From Anthoceros angustus (Eukaryota > Plantae > Anthocerotophyta): a stretch of 64,000 nucleotides of DNA. Positions within the stretch are counted from its first letter, which is position 1. Each line of letters opens with the position of its first letter. The translations under genes and the position numbers were made by a program. The notes under the pieces were generated by a model that had not been told where the DNA came from, did no database searches, and saw only the letters and a program-made list of their open reading frames with translations. This document shows, in pieces, positions 37,201 through 51,182 of the stretch. The stretch is taken from assembly GCA_010909165.1 (NCBI GenBank), contig MU008218.1, forward strand, positions 179,757 through 243,756. The letters are read 5' to 3'.

Positions 37201-38799
37201 GATTTTGTTGATGCCAAGGATGTTGATAGACTCAACAAATTTGTTTCTGGTAGAGTGACCTGTTCTTCACAAATGTTGAAAAGTGAGAAATGGCAAGGTG
37301 TAACCTTGTAGGCTGCTCCATGTGTAGATTGGAAGTTGGGGAAACTGCGGCTAGGGGAAGATGAAGACTCAAGATGAAATAGAGAGTGGTGAGAAACAAA
37401 GTGAGTAGAGTAGAATGAGTAGTGCTTCCTTTGTAACCCTTATATGAGGTTATAAGAATGTGTGGTTGCAGGTAGAGACAAGTGTGTAGGTACTTGTCAT
37501 GGCATGAATTGACAAGAGGCTGTGTACATAATAAAGCTATAGGCTGTGTAGCTAGGATGTATGATGGATGACGCCATGGGTGCATGACATGTGTATGTGA
37601 CCGATGTATGGCATGTGGCATGTGGATGGGCATGGACATAAGGATTTGTCCATAGATATTAATCATAGAATATAAGGGTAACGGACAAAGGGATATTTAT
37701 AGCATAGATATTTAGATATTATATAGCTGGCTGATATCGAGATAAAGGAAATATGATAGCAAGATAAAGGGCAGCCATAGGCTATATATGTAGGGCCTAG
37801 GGCCATTTAGAACTTGGATTAGTAGATGTCATCACTATCTGATAGATTATCTTATTGATAATAATGAAGGCAGACATACTTGTCCCACATCTTGTCCCCT
37901 TTCCTTGCATGTTGTTGTGTGTGTTAGCATCCCAGGTGGCTGGGAGCGCTTTTCATACCCTCCAGACTCCAACTCTAGCGATCTTCAACGAAACACCAAG
38001 TCCGATCCACGCAACTTGTTGATGATGTTCCTGAGGAAGTTAGGCATAGGAGGAGGTTTGCTAACTAGGCATGGTTGTGCTAAGGTCATATGATGATGTT
38101 CCCGAGGTAGTTAGGCATAGGAGGAGGTTTGCTAACTAGGCATGGTCGTGCTAAGGTCGTTGGCGGATTTTGAGGAGAAGTTCCAATGGGCACTCGATGA
38201 AATGAGGTTAAAATACAGGGAGCAGTTCACGGTGGAGATGGCCTTCACAAAGATGAGTACTTTCCTTGCAGGGGAGGTGTTGATGTGTGATCGGGCGATC
38301 AAGGATGGAATCTTGGAAGAGGCAGAAGATTTTACTTGCAGAGCTGGAATAAGGCAAATGATGAAGAAACCAGCAGGAGAAACATTCTCCGTTGAAGACG
38401 TCATGACAGGGGAAGAGAAGATGTCTGTCAATCACCTGGTAAATATGGGGTTTGGCAAATTCAGAGACATGTTTAGTTCGCCTTTTGGAAAATTGTGAGT
38501 TATCCATTTTTCATTCAGCTAGTGAGCCATTAGAGAAGATGTCTCAAGGCACTTGGTGGTGGACACCAAGGTAAAGACGATGAGGGAAGCTGCTGAGATT
38601 TTTATTATCGCCTGAATATTAGGCAGAGGTTAGAAAACGATTTGTACTGCACATGATTCATGGAGAAGCCTATGATCTCAAGGAGGCATATTCAATTGCA
38701 GAGAAGGTGTTAAGGGGAGACACTATCATCAGTAATCACTGGGAAGAGCACAACTTGGTGAGAGGCGCATTATCTGTGCAAACTAAGGTGCTAGCAGAC

Positions 38800-39110
38800 A
38801 CCAAAGATAAATCGATATGGGCGTGAGGCATTGTCTTGCTACTCGAAACTCTTTGTAGAAGGAGAAATCACTTGTTGGAACAATTAGTGAGAAGTGCACA
38901 CGGTGTCATGGAGTGCTCTATGACACAGAGTGCTCACATCAATCTCTGCTACGTATGCCATTTTGTTGAGGTGTATGTACAAATGTAAGCTTTACCTTCA
39001 GCTCGACAAAAATCAGCAAATTCATGTGATGTGAACTCTCCTCCGTCGTGTGGACTACGTCGTGTGCGTGCATTCTTGGAGGAGATCACGCAAGGAAGTG
39101 GCTCAACCTC
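38800..39110 (-). pseudogene. Ty1/copia integrase fragment
   Basis: DGGEFTSHEFADFCRAEG...TYTPQQNG. Confidence 0.65.
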
Positions 39111-41262
39111 GACATCTTCATCAGAATGAGAATTTGTAGGTGAATTTGATGATCTCTGCAATGAACTATTAGAAAATATGGTTTCCAATTTTTCAATCCA
39201 TTTAGATAGACGATTGAAACCAAAAATTAGCCATGATAATTGCTGAATTGTGGCTTTATGATTTAGTTCTGTATCTAATTTGATGGATTCTACAATTGGC
39301 TGTAAGAGAGCAATATTGAGGAGGCTAGCAGGATAGTTGGAGAGTGTTGATGCGAGGCGCAGCGTGTGCTTTGCTTGATTTCAGCATACATCACGGTAAA
39401 AGGCGGGGGCTGAGGTAGCCTTCCTATCTGATTGCCATGCAGTAGGCATCGTGTACGGATTCTGTAGTGACATTGTGCCTCTGCCGGGCGACCATATGCC
39501 AATTTTGGGCGATTAAGCTTTGGGAGAAGACAGCGGTTCAAAGCGCGATTTAGACAAAGGACATCAAGCAGGGTATTAGTAGCCGGTTTCTGGACATGTA
39601 TGCAAAGTTAAGCCCTGAGAGACGGTAGGAAGTGGTTGTGAAGTGATCAGTATTATGTGGTGATATGGAGTGTCCTAATTAATTGCATGGTTAGTGTACG
39701 TCTTTGAGTTTCGCATGCACGATGGGCAAACCATACGATTTATTCGGAGCTTTGACTAGACTCAATCTAACCTTGCCCAACTGAGAAATGAACTCCCGAA
39801 CCTGCTCCCTTTTCAACTCAAGTTGTATGCTACTTGTATATCACTGAAGCAACAAAGTAAATCTCTTTTAGCAAGCTTGATAAATTGTCCTTGATTATCT
39901 GATTTGATTAGAATAACTCCAATGAAATTACTAATAATTTTGGAATCTCTTTCAATTAGATCTCTAATGTGCTTTGAATGAATGTATTTTGGTTGTTTCT
40001 CAGATTCACAGACTAATCATGGCACTTAGTTTTATAGGAAAAAAAGTCCTTGGTCTTTGGTAGGTCATGGTAGGAAAAAGTACCTTGATCTTCGGAGGAT
40101 GGGGTAGGTGACCCTTGGCCTTCGGATAGGAAAAGTTGGGCGGTTATTTGAGAGAGCAGGAGAGAGCCTTCACTTGGTCTCAAAATCAGCATGCGTGGAC
40201 TATAAATGCATCTAAGAGGGTTTTGAGCAAATCAGTTTTGAAGTTTGGCCGTCGATGGTGCCAGACAGATGGTGCGGAAAAATGAAGAAATCCCGTGGAT
40301 TACATGTAACCCCAATAAGCCAGGCTTTGGACATTTCGGGAAGTAACTTGAAGGAGGAGGCCAGCGGCCGCAAGGACTCGGGGAAGGCCACCTGGCCTTG
40401 AGCTTAGATTAAGTTTTTGCAGGCGAAATACCTCATGTGAAGGAAGAGAGGAAGCCAATCAAGCTTTCTGGAGTGAGGACAACGGAGAAACGAGGTGGTC
40501 TGCCACCTTTTGAGGCGGCTGGCAAGAAGCAAAGCGAAGGCTTTGTACTGGGGCCGAGAGCATAAACTGTTGTGGCATGAGAAAGTTCTTTGTATGGAAG
40601 AAGGCGCTAGCAGTATAGTGTTTGAGAATTGTGAAGGCGCAAGTTGGAAGGAGCTAGAGGCGAGATTTGGGAGAGGAGCTATCTTTTTGGCAAGTGTTGG
40701 CGAGGAGTTTGTGGGGTTTAGTTCCAGTTTGAAGGAGGAAGACCTCTCGATTGGCATCCTTGGCGTCTTTCCTTTTTGCTTACTCTTCCCCTCTCTAGTC
40801 TAATAGGTTGCTCTTCCCCTACCCTCCAGATTCTATCCTTGTGTGTGCTCCTTTTGTGCAGATGGTGAGAATTGTGAGGACGGGTGGTGGCACCCCAACT
40901 CAAGGGGATGGGAGAAAGGCAGTGCCACCCACCCTCCGAGTCGAGGCAAAGGCAAAAAGCATCCCATGCCTGAGTTTGACTGCCGCCCCATCCAAATTTC
41001 ACCTCTCGAGACACGGGCCTTTCCGGGCGATATCTTGAAGAATTGAAGATGGAGTGGTTGTATGCTGCTGGATTCTTTCCGTTGGATTTCGGGTGTCGGC
41101 GGTTGCGCGCCACAGGAGAAGCCAGGATGCAGGGCGTCACAGTCAAAGTCACCACAGGGCGTGGAAGAGTCACGCCATTTTCGTGAGACATATTTGATAC
41201 CCGAGGCGCATAAGGGAGGAATCATCCCATCGGCCTAGTTTTCTAAGAATCAGATTCCGGAA

Positions 41263-41688
41263 GTGGCCATGGATATGTTCCTACGACCCAAAGAGGAGAT
41301 TTGGTCTCCTGGTAATGGTTGGCGATTCTCCATGTTCAAGGAGAGGAAGTGGAATCTCTTTGCCAAGATTTGGTTGGGATTGATCTGTGTCACCAGGAAG
41401 ACCTACATAAGCAATTCCCACCTCATGATGATCTATGAGATGTCCAAGGGCAAGTTGGTAGATTGGGCGAGCATTCTCTATGAGCAGGTGGTGGCTCATA
41501 GAAATCATTTGATGAGTGAGGAGGCCAAAATTAGCTTTGTCTCCACCTTCCTAGTGCACTTGTACCACAAAGAGGAAGTTCTGAGGGAGGAGGAACTGGA
41601 GGAAGCTAAGATAGAAGCTTCCTTGGTTCAAGTGGTGGAAGGAGAGCCGTCCATGGCAGCAGAGGGTCGACCAGGAGGAGGTAGATAG
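41263..41688 (+). CDS. Retrotransposon-associated accessory ORF of unknown function
   Basis: 141-aa ORF with GKLVDWASILYE...FVSTFLVHLY, a pattern I associate with extra ORFs of plant Ty3/gypsy elements; lies in TE-derived context. Confidence 0.4.
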   Translation: MAMDMFLRPKEEIWSPGNGWRFSMFKERKWNLFAKIWLGLICVTRKTYISNSHLMMIYEMSKGKLVDWASILYEQVVAHRNHLMSEEAKISFVSTFLVHLYHKEEVLREEELEEAKIEASLVQVVEGEPSMAAEGRPGGGR

Positions 41689-41989
41689 TCGACCACCCGG
41701 AAAGAGACCACCACCCCCACCCGACCACGGATCGGTAACCGAGGAACGAGGAAGGAGAAGAAGCCTGTGCGCCTCCTACGGAGGAAGGTTGTAGGAAAGG
41801 ACTCGACCACCGTGGACAAGGAGAGGCACATGGACTCCCCTTGAGTTAATAGGCAGCTTTTTTTGGTTTTCGTGAATGTGGGTGGAAAATAAAGGAGGAA
41901 AAGGGGAAATAAGGTTGAATAGGGGGAATGGCGATGGACAAGAGGATGGCGGCGGCGAAGCCTGCACGGGGACGCTTTAGGGTAAACCA

Positions 41990-42185
41990 CTCCGGATGAG
42001 CTCCGGAGTAGCCCTGGCAGGCCGACTCGAGTGAGCCACCGGGGTGAGCTCCGAGTAGGCCACTCCGAGGCGGAGCTCCGGAGTAGCCACCCGGTGAAAC
42101 TCGGAGTGAGCCACTCGGGGTGAAGCTCCGGAGTAGGCCCTCCAGGGCCCGAGCTCCGTGGGCCACTCCGAGGTGGCTCGGAGTA
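41990..42185. repeat. GC-rich tandem repeat (CCACTCCGAG...GAGCTCCGGAGTAG-like units)
   Basis: Directly visible degenerate ~25-30-bp units. Confidence 0.75.
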
Positions 42186-42331
42186 GAACACAGTAGAAGT
42201 CCATTTGGGAAAGGTGATCTGAAAGAGGTGGGCGTAATAAGCAAGAGGCCACATGTGCATACTGATCGAGAGGGAGGACGGGCAATCCTTGCCCACCATC
42301 CCTCAGCAGTGGATCAGCTGGAGCACAAGCA

Positions 42332-43195
42332 TGGGACCTAAGAAGGTGGCGAGGTGCAGGAGCCTGGCGCCCGGTAGCCGGCGGAGGAGGTTAGTGCAGT
42401 GGCACCTAGACATTTCGGCAAGATGGACCTTTGATAGCGTGGCGTTGGTCCGAGAATACGCCCGAAAGATGTTGGCGGCGGCCTCCAAGTCTATCCGCTC
42501 TAAGAGTTTGGGAGGACCCGAGGAGGTGGTATGGAAGTCCCTTAGAGGCGGTCTGCAGTCGCCCGAGGAGGAGGTAGGGGCGTAGTGCCGGAGCCCCTAC
42601 GAATGAAGGGAAGGTGGGGGCCGCTAAGGTGGCGCTCTGAGACCCGGGGCCTTGGCGTGTCCTCGATGGGCCAGCTCATGTCCGGGACCTACTAGACAGT
42701 GAGGCGGTGGTAGAAGATTATAAATCCCTGGAACATGCTCACCAAGATAGACCACCTTGGTGACAATCTGTAGTTTTCCTACACGCCCTTGAGGAGGGGC
42801 AAGAGGAGGCGGATTGAGGCGGATCATCTTCGCCCATGTTTAGGAGTCGAGAGCTAAGGGCAGGGGCCACCACCCCTGCGTTGTCTCCGTTCATTGTCCA
42901 TCCTGGGACACCTCAACCTTCTAAAGGAAGAGGAGGAGGAGCGAGCGCTCCGGAGGGTGCGACCTGCTGGAGAGTGAGCGAGAGGAAGAGCGAGGCAGGA
43001 GGCCCGCCCAAGGCAAGACGCACCCAGGAGGACGAAGACTGGGAGGGAATTCCGGACTCCATACGCCTAGAGCGGACCCCCTCTCCTCCAAGCTGGGAAG
43101 TATCCCTACTAGAAATGGCAGCCTATGTTACAGTCGTTGTTGCAATTTTATGTTACACTTCTAACTTGCAACATCATTTGGAGGCTTGGTATTAA
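42332..43195 (+). pseudogene. Accessory ORF homologous to minus-strand 52700-53140
   Basis: MGPKK...EYARKMLAAASK here versus MAPKK...EFARKMLAAVNK there. Confidence 0.5.
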
Positions 43196-44899
43196 GTTTG
43201 TCATTTCTTTCCCCAAGTGGGCCTACAATCTTAACACGAACCTGGCTCTCTCTCCTACCACTTCACCCTCTTAACTACATCCCCTCTCTCATACGCATTG
43301 TTTAGGAATTCCCTCATGCAATTGCAACATGACTGTAACAAGGACCCCTCTCTCTCTTCTCTATCAGTCCCCCTCTTTATTACACCCCATTGGAAGTACA
43401 ATTAGTTAATGTTTTTCCCAGTGCTCTTCATTGCACTCTCGCTTCACAACTATTGTTTATGGCGCCCAAACCTGAATATCACAGTAACATGCCCATTAAT
43501 TGTCACCTTCCTCTTCCACCTCACAAGGTCATAATTCCTATATCAACCTTTTTTCCCTACCATAGCTATTATTGGCTTGTATACTGTGGAGTGTGAACTT
43601 GTGTCTAGGGACACAGTGAGGTCCACATTCACCCTCAATGTCGTTGTAGGCTTAGGATTCGCTCCCAAGGGAATGGTTTGTGCCAAGAGGCGCTAACTTC
43701 TATCTCTTGACCTTCACCTAAGTCGGGACTTGCTATTACTCTTACCTATCTACTCAACTACTACCTCCCGACTTGTCTAACTACCACGGATCTTATTCCA
43801 CAACCCGATCTTATTCCACCACAAATCTTATTCCACGACCGCAAATCTTATTCCACGACGCGGTGGCTCTCACCACTCTGGGTAGTTGCCCGACTACGAG
43901 GTGGGTCCCACCAAACCCTAGCGACTTATTTCCGGGCGCCGCCGCGGATCCCCACGGCGTCTACCGCATGCAGGTCGGACTTTATTCACTCCACACTTCA
44001 TGCACACACACCGATTCCTAGGGACCAAAGTTCCACAAATCCCTCACGCTTCACACACACACACAAGGCGCCACACTCACACAATTTTACAAGGAGCGCT
44101 GTTTCCTCTTGTGCACACTTCCTGTGACACGGTTTGGATTCTTTTGGATCCACAAATCTCCTTTAGTCTCTCAATTAGTTCCCCTTCTCAACTCCTCTTA
44201 CACCTCGCGCCGTCTGTTCGATCACTCCTTCACCCAATCTTCTCTCTCTCTCTCTCTCCCTCAATTCGCCCATGCTTCAACCATCCACTCAACACTTCTC
44301 TCTCAATTTGAACACAACTAGGGAACAAGGGTGAAGGAAAGAAGAACCCCAGGCGTCACGGCAGGCGTTACGAGCAAGCTCCGGACCCGCGCCAATCCCT
44401 TGGTTTCCTCCTCCTTTGTCGGCAAGATTGCTCTATCACCCCTCCTCCCCAGTTGCGGGCAAGCTCGACCACCCCAGGCGTCTCGCGCACACCACCTCAT
44501 CAATCGGACGTCTCCAACCAGCCACAGGCGTGGGGATCTCAACCGAGTTGCTCGATGTGAGGCACAACCAAGCCCCTTTATACAATTCTTTTGGGCGTCA
44601 TAGCCAGACTTTCCAGTCCTAAAAGAGCGAAGAGGCGCCTACAATTTCGGACGGCCTTAGGTCCAAGATGGCATCCTATCCAAAGTTCTATTCCTAGGAT
44701 GCCACTACTCACCCATGTTATCTCCGCACTCCCCTCCGATTTGGTGCTTTGGCCCTTAGTCCTTTCTTTGCTGAATTTATGGGTCCTCCTTCCTCGTTCT
44801 TTGATCTGGAAAATCCTCCCATAAACTCTCCTTTGTTTTCCATGATCCCAAGTCCCGCTCCCTCACCAATCCTCCACCTCGGACCTCAATGGTCCATAT

Positions 44900-45660
44900 T
44901 TGGCCATTAGGCGGGTCAAATTGTGATGGAAGGCCCTCCTCAACAGTCCTTCCGTCCTCCCGCATCACTGATCCCATTTTTGACCCAACCTCCATCGCGC
45001 AGTGGTAGCCATAAACACTCCTCCGCCCGTGGAGCACTCACAATACAATGATAGCGTGGTCGAGGTTGCTTACCGGCCAGTATTGTGGTGAGTTCTCCTA
45101 TCTCCGCCGAGTTGCGGTGGTGGGGGACGTCCCCGTCTTCCCGTTCTTCCATATCACCCACCTCGGCCCTCCTCACCCAGTTGTCCTCGCCTCGCCATTT
45201 CCATCCATCCTGAGTCGTGTCTCGGCCTACGGGTGGCTTGCCCCCTCAACCTGGCCTCATCTCCCACATCCAGCTTCTTCACATTGGAGGTCGGAGCATG
45301 CCGACGATGGCCATCAGGGCGATGGACTCAAGGTTGCTCTCCCATCCATTGCCACAGGAGACGGCCAGACGGAAGGTTGCTCTCCGTCTGGCGCCATCGA
45401 GGACTGGTGTGCACGGTCCTCGCCTCCCAGGCATTCGGTCTCTTCATAGGTACACCGGTGGAGGGAGGGAGGTGTAAACCTTGGAGGTTGAGTGCAGGCG
45501 GGGTAATGTGGAGCGACTTGCGAGAATGTCCATTCGGCGGTGGAACTCTATGCCTGTGGTACAGGAATAAAGCGGGCACACAGGTGCAGTTGGGCGGAAT
45601 GGAGGGGGGGTATGGAGTGGTGCCACACTCCATCACCGTCCCAGGCCGACGCAGCAACCC
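44900..45660 (-). pseudogene. Degenerate gag-like remnant with possible zinc knuckle
   Basis: RPRYHCIV(C)...RAEEC resembles CCHC; no pol detected downstream. Confidence 0.35.
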
Positions 45661-46789
45661 TTGATCGTGACATTCAGAGTGGCGTCATGATTAAACGTTG
45701 CCTTCGACTTCCGATTGTAGGCTGGCCGTGAGGATGGACATGAATTAAACAAAGGCTACTAATTCGCACACTGCATGGCCCAAAAGGTCACTGCTACAAA
45801 GGGCAAGTGCGGAATGTGTGTCATGATACATTATAGACCCGAATTAGGAAGGAAGGAGTTCATACCGCAGAGCGAGAAAAGAAAGGTGAAGGGAGAGTCG
45901 AAAGGCAGGCGAGGCGAAGGGGAGCGCGGCGTCCGGCGATCGTCCCGGTGAGCAAGCGGGAAGGGAAATCAGTTGAATGCGGGCGGGGGCTCTGCCTTTC
46001 GAGGCCCAGCGGCAACCCCTGAGGCCAGGGGAGTCCCTTGGGAAGAGGCACTGCCGGAACTGGCCGAAATTCTTGCAAAAGCTAGTGCAAGTCGGAGATG
46101 TTGTGCGGTAAGTGATACATTTTTGACGAAATGAAGCTAGATGTGGAGGTTCGCGGATGCACGCCTTGGATGAAGATCCACAATTCCGAGGAGCATGGAC
46201 TAGGAGAGGGAGGGCGAGGCGGCATGGGACGCGATTTGCACGTGGGTGCGGTGTATGGATTTTCCGGGCTTGTTTTGGCCGCTTGGAGCTCTGAGATTTC
46301 GAAGCATGAGCTCCACGCTTTCCCTCGTGAACAAGTCACGGGATAAAGGAGTTATGCACACTAGCGATGGTGGGCGCCCTGCAAATGTTTTGCCTTTCGC
46401 ATTGTTGACAAATTTGTGGAAGAAATGTTGACCGCCTCTGGCGATCTCTTTCCTACATCTGCGGTGATAAAGTTAAAGAAACTTCCAGCTCCGAGTCCCT
46501 GTTTCTTCGAGGCATTTTGCACTTGAGATATATTTTGCATATCTCCCTTTTTAGCAGTGCAGCGGAAACGTTTTCATGTGCCAATAGAGAACTTGGAAAT
46601 TCCCCATCTGTGGCACAGAGTAGAATTTGCAATTTTTGATGAAGGAGAGAAACTATTGGGAAGTATAGATACGATAATGCATAGAATCTATATATGATAG
46701 ACATATTAGATTATGCACACTGTCGCATCCTGTACTTCTTAATAGTGATTCCTTTCATGAAAAATCAATGCAACTAAAAATATCAGATT

Positions 46790-47249
46790 GCTCTGATACC
46801 ATGTCAAGGCTAGAGAGAGACAAACTTGACAATAATAATAATGATGATAAATTTACAAAGAGAGTTNAGCCCTGGGCCTGGAGCCTCCAGGCCTAAGGCC
46901 CTGGGCCACAAGGCCACAGACCCTGGGCCTGGAGCCCGCCCACGGCCCACGGACCCTGGCCCAGACCTGGGCTAGACCTAAGACCTGACCCCCCGCCTGG
47001 GCCCGAACTGGGCCGGGACCACTGAGCCTGAACCCACAGGACCACAGCCTAGGCCCCTGGACCACAGACCCTAGGCCTGGCCACAGACTGAACCTCTGCC
47101 CTGGGCTGAGCCTGGGCCCTATTTCGACCCTGACACTGAGCCCTAACCCTGGGCCAACGCCTGGGCCTGGGCCTGGCCTGGGCTAGGGCTAAAGCCTGGG
47201 CCTGGGCACTGGGCTCCCCACTTCCAATTTGCCTGGGCCTTCCTTGACA
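46790..47249 (-). mobile_element. tRNA-Met PBS (46790-46801) plus 448-bp LTR (46802-47249)
   Basis: Minus strand TGGTATCAGAGC abuts a segment with 8-bp terminal inverted repeats TGTCAAGG...CCTTGACA; no partner LTR in the window. Confidence 0.75.
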
Positions 47250-47989
47250 GTAGCCCTGTCTGCACCTTCAAAATAAGGCTTCCCTTAACAAGACAAGCTT
47301 GGGCACTTGCGTGCTGAACCAGTTGTCACCCCTGGGCCCCAATTGCAAGCTTTCTTCACTGCCACACAAAATCCACCAAGAGAGCAACTTTCCACTTACT
47401 TCCTCTTCTCCACGGTCCCACCTAGCTCAAACTTGATGTCCTCACGACCTTACTCCTTATGCCCAAATCCCTCACTCAAGGTCCTTATGCCCAAATCCCT
47501 CACTTGCAAGGTCCTTATGCGCCCAAGGTCCTAGGCACAAAAATTCAGCGCCCTTGCCCTCTTCACGCAGGTTGTGCTTCAAATCTCTTCACACACTCAT
47601 AACGCACACCTCCTTCTCCTTGCACACACACGCGTTCCCACCAAGTCCTTGCTCTAGCTTTCCTGCATGCACAAGCTCTTCTGCACTCGCAGCTCCCTAG
47701 GTGTCACTCCCTACACACCGCCAGCACCAAGTCCTTGCCTAGCTTTCCTTGCATGCACAAGCTCTTGTGCAATTCCTAAGCTTCCTAGGTGCCACTCCAC
47801 ACCCGCTTGCATGGCCACACACTACCACCCCACATATTTATGGCTATTATTCCTAATATATCCTATTTATCCACAACCTTGCCTGCAGCCCTCTTTAGCA
47901 ACTTCCTAGGTTTGTACTTTATCCGAAAACTTGCTTCCCAATTATCCAAGTAAGCTTTCCCTATCCAAGTAGTGTCGCACCCCATCTCC

Positions 47990-48700
47990 GCCACGTAGGG
48001 AGACCTCACCACTCCCTATGGTAGGGAGACACTCTCATGACACTCTCATCCTACCTACCTATCCAACTACCGTCCGTAGGGAGCCCCTGTCCTTATCTTA
48101 TCTATGCATGGTCACCCTCCCCACATCTTATCTATGCATGGTCACCGGTCTACCTACATCACCCTACCTGCTTCACCCTCCCTACCTTTACCACACGCAC
48201 CGCCCTACACATGCTTCACCCTCCCTGCACCACACTGCCCTACACTCACCTCCTCCTACGCTACCACACGCCATCCTGTCACACGCACTGCCTCTACCCC
48301 CTACATAGGGGCCCTCACGGTCGACACACACCTTGCCTCGCCCTACCCCTATGTAGGGTCACCAGACTACCCTACATACTGCCTACAAGGTGTCCCTACA
48401 CATACATGCTAGGGACCCATGACCTGCTATGTAGGGTCACCTTTGTCACCCTACGCCTACGTCCCCATGACCTATCTACCCTACATACTACCCTACAAGG
48501 TGTCGTCCTACCCACATACATACCCGTGGGGACCCATGACCTATCTATGTAGGGTCACCTTTGTCACCCTACGCCTACGTCCCCATGACCTATCTATGTA
48601 GGGTCACCTTTGTCACCCTACGCCTACTCTATGTAGGGTTAGCATTTGACACCCTACGCACTGCATTTGACACCCTACGCACTGGCTTAAAGTGTCATGT
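47990..48700. repeat. Degenerate tandem array (CACCCTACGCCTAC / GACCTATCTATGTAGGGTCACCTTTGT units) in LTR-element DNA
   Basis: Near-perfect ~55-bp units at 48520-48630 plus many CCCTAC submotifs. Confidence 0.75.
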
Positions 48701-51182
48701 AGGGAGCCCCCCTCCATTCTTGTAGGGCCAACTATCACCCTACATCTACCCCTTGTAGGATGCACCTCCCTCCCTACGGTAGGGAGTGCCATGCCCTACG
48801 TCCACCACCACCCTACACCTCCTTCGCGTAGGGTGCACCACTCAAACACTCTCCCAATCTCCCAATTAGCTCTCATGACTTGCAAATATAACAAGTTGAA
48901 ACACCTCACAAAAGGTGCCCCATCCGATTAATCCACCCCTAGGACGCTTAACTCCGTGGGTTCTTACATTTCATTGTCCAACACACCAATTGGCTTGTGC
49001 ATAACACTCATCTAGAATAAAATGAACTTATCCTCGGTGAACTTCTCACGCCCAACCCTCCTTGCTATCCATTTCTCCTCGGCCATCACACGGCCTCCCT
49101 TCACTTTGACTTGCAAATTCACGCATTCCGCCATGATGCACACCCTGCTGATCCCTTCACCATGTTGCGTACCCGCAACACCGCCTTCCTATGGTTTGGC
49201 CACACCTCCATCTTGCAGCCTGGCCCATAAATTCAGCCGTGAGTGCTCTACCATGGCCTTTCCTAGTTCAACACACGGCCCTATCATGCCATCCTCCCAT
49301 CGTGACTCCATTAAGAGCACTTCCATGTGCCTCACCGCCATGGCCTCCTCTTGCAACCCTTGTGGCTGCTCACCCTCAACATGAGCTCCTCGCCCCATCC
49401 TTGCACCAACGCCTCCTCTCTCTCGCATCGAGCTCCCAACCTAGAGCCCCGCAGCATCTGCACAATTCCATCATTACGCACTTGGCCCATCTTCCTGCAG
49501 CAACCCTTGCCACACATCTCTACCTAGCGCCCTCCCCATCGCAAAATCTCAAAGAATATGATCACCTGCCCATGTCTCACTTCTTCCACACGTGGCAAAT
49601 TACTTTGCCTTCCTCAAACCTGTGGTGGTCCCCAATAATCGTGCCTTTGCCTCTCGTAGTTTATCACCTGCTGCAGCAACCTCAAGCTACTTCCTTGGCT
49701 TAATTGCCTTCACCCTCTACTCCTCATTCTCCAACAAATTGCCTCAATATCTTGACAATTCTCTTCCACTTCACTTCAATTCTCTCCGTCAGCCTCTCTA
49801 GTTTTGCTCTAGTTTGATCCTTTTGATCCAAAAGTAGGAGTGCCCAAACTTTCATATTCCACATACTCCCCACCTCACTTGTTTGCGTCCTCAAAACAAC
49901 CTACCATTGTAGATACTCCATCGCCTTCCACATTCATCGAGTGACAAGTGGTCATGTTAGATGCCCTAGCTACGTACACTTTCCGTGAAAATACAAAACA
50001 TCACTTCCTTAAAACACAACCTCTCCATCTCGTCTGTGCATGTTGTGGAAGGACATCTTCAAATTCCAAGACCTCGAGCTCCTAAATGTGCCATGAATGC
50101 TCCCAAGCCTCCCACCAAATTTCCACATAATCCTTCGTGAGCAACTTCAAAAGCTTGCAATTCCTCTCTTCAAGGCTTTGGTCATCACTCCTTCCTCAAG
50201 ATGTCCACTTCAATCCGCAATTCCTCCTCAAATTCTTCCAACTTCCTTCAAGTGACTCTCTCCCCACCTCGCTCCTTGTCTTCCATCTCCAATCTGCTCA
50301 TATCAAGACAAAGCAAAGCCTCAAGATGCAACTTGAAGCAACCTCCTTGAGATAGCTCCTCCACTTGACTCCTCCTTGCAACATAGGCAACCCCATCTTG
50401 AGCACGGTACCAACCCGTCACGCATACAACAAGAACACTCACAATAACATTGGAAGCACTCACTCTTCAATGGCCTTAGACATCTCCCAAATAATAGCTA
50501 CACAACCCGCTCAACAACACAATTACTTCCTCCCTTGATGCCAAAAGAAGCATCCAAGCCCTCCAAGCTCGAATTCAAGTTCTTCGTCTCAACCACACAC
50601 CGCAAGGCAAGACCTTGAGCATGTCCCCACAGGGCCCCTTCCTCAAAGTAAGCCCTCGGCCACCACCTAGCCTCCATAAACTATCCATTGGTCAAGAACA
50701 CCTCCACTTCCTCCTAGACATCATCCTCATGAAATCTTAAGTACAACAACATATGCCCACTCTCAAGCTCTTTCTTCTAACCAACGCCCCAGACAATAGC
50801 CCGCTCCTCATGCTCGCATTCTTAGCTCGCCTCCAAATCCCTCGAAATTACTAACACTGCTCAATTCTTGACCCTCACCCCACAAGAACTCCTCGACAAC
50901 CTCCTTCCTCTTGTTGTCCGTGAGCACATCCTTCTCCGCTCTTAGAAACTACCTTCTTCCTCACCGTAACCCTTGAAGATGTTAGCACATGTAGCTTCCT
51001 CAAGAGCTCTCTCCTCGCCTTCTTCCTCTACCGTCATGCAACTCTCACACCACTTGCAAAATCAGCGGGCGATCTCCTCTCTATGCCCGCAATAAAACTT
51101 CTTCTTCTCATCCCCGATTAGAGATTCTCAACAATGTTCATGCCTCTTCCACTACCGACTTGCCAAAGCAAAGAGTCTTAAC

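Noticed and set aside
37250-38760. Further LTR (ending CAGACA at ~37876 beside a purine tract) and a plus-strand gag-like ORF at 38142-38498
   Set aside because: No partner LTR or TSD, and no diagnostic gag motif; orientation conflicts with the adjacent integrase fragment.
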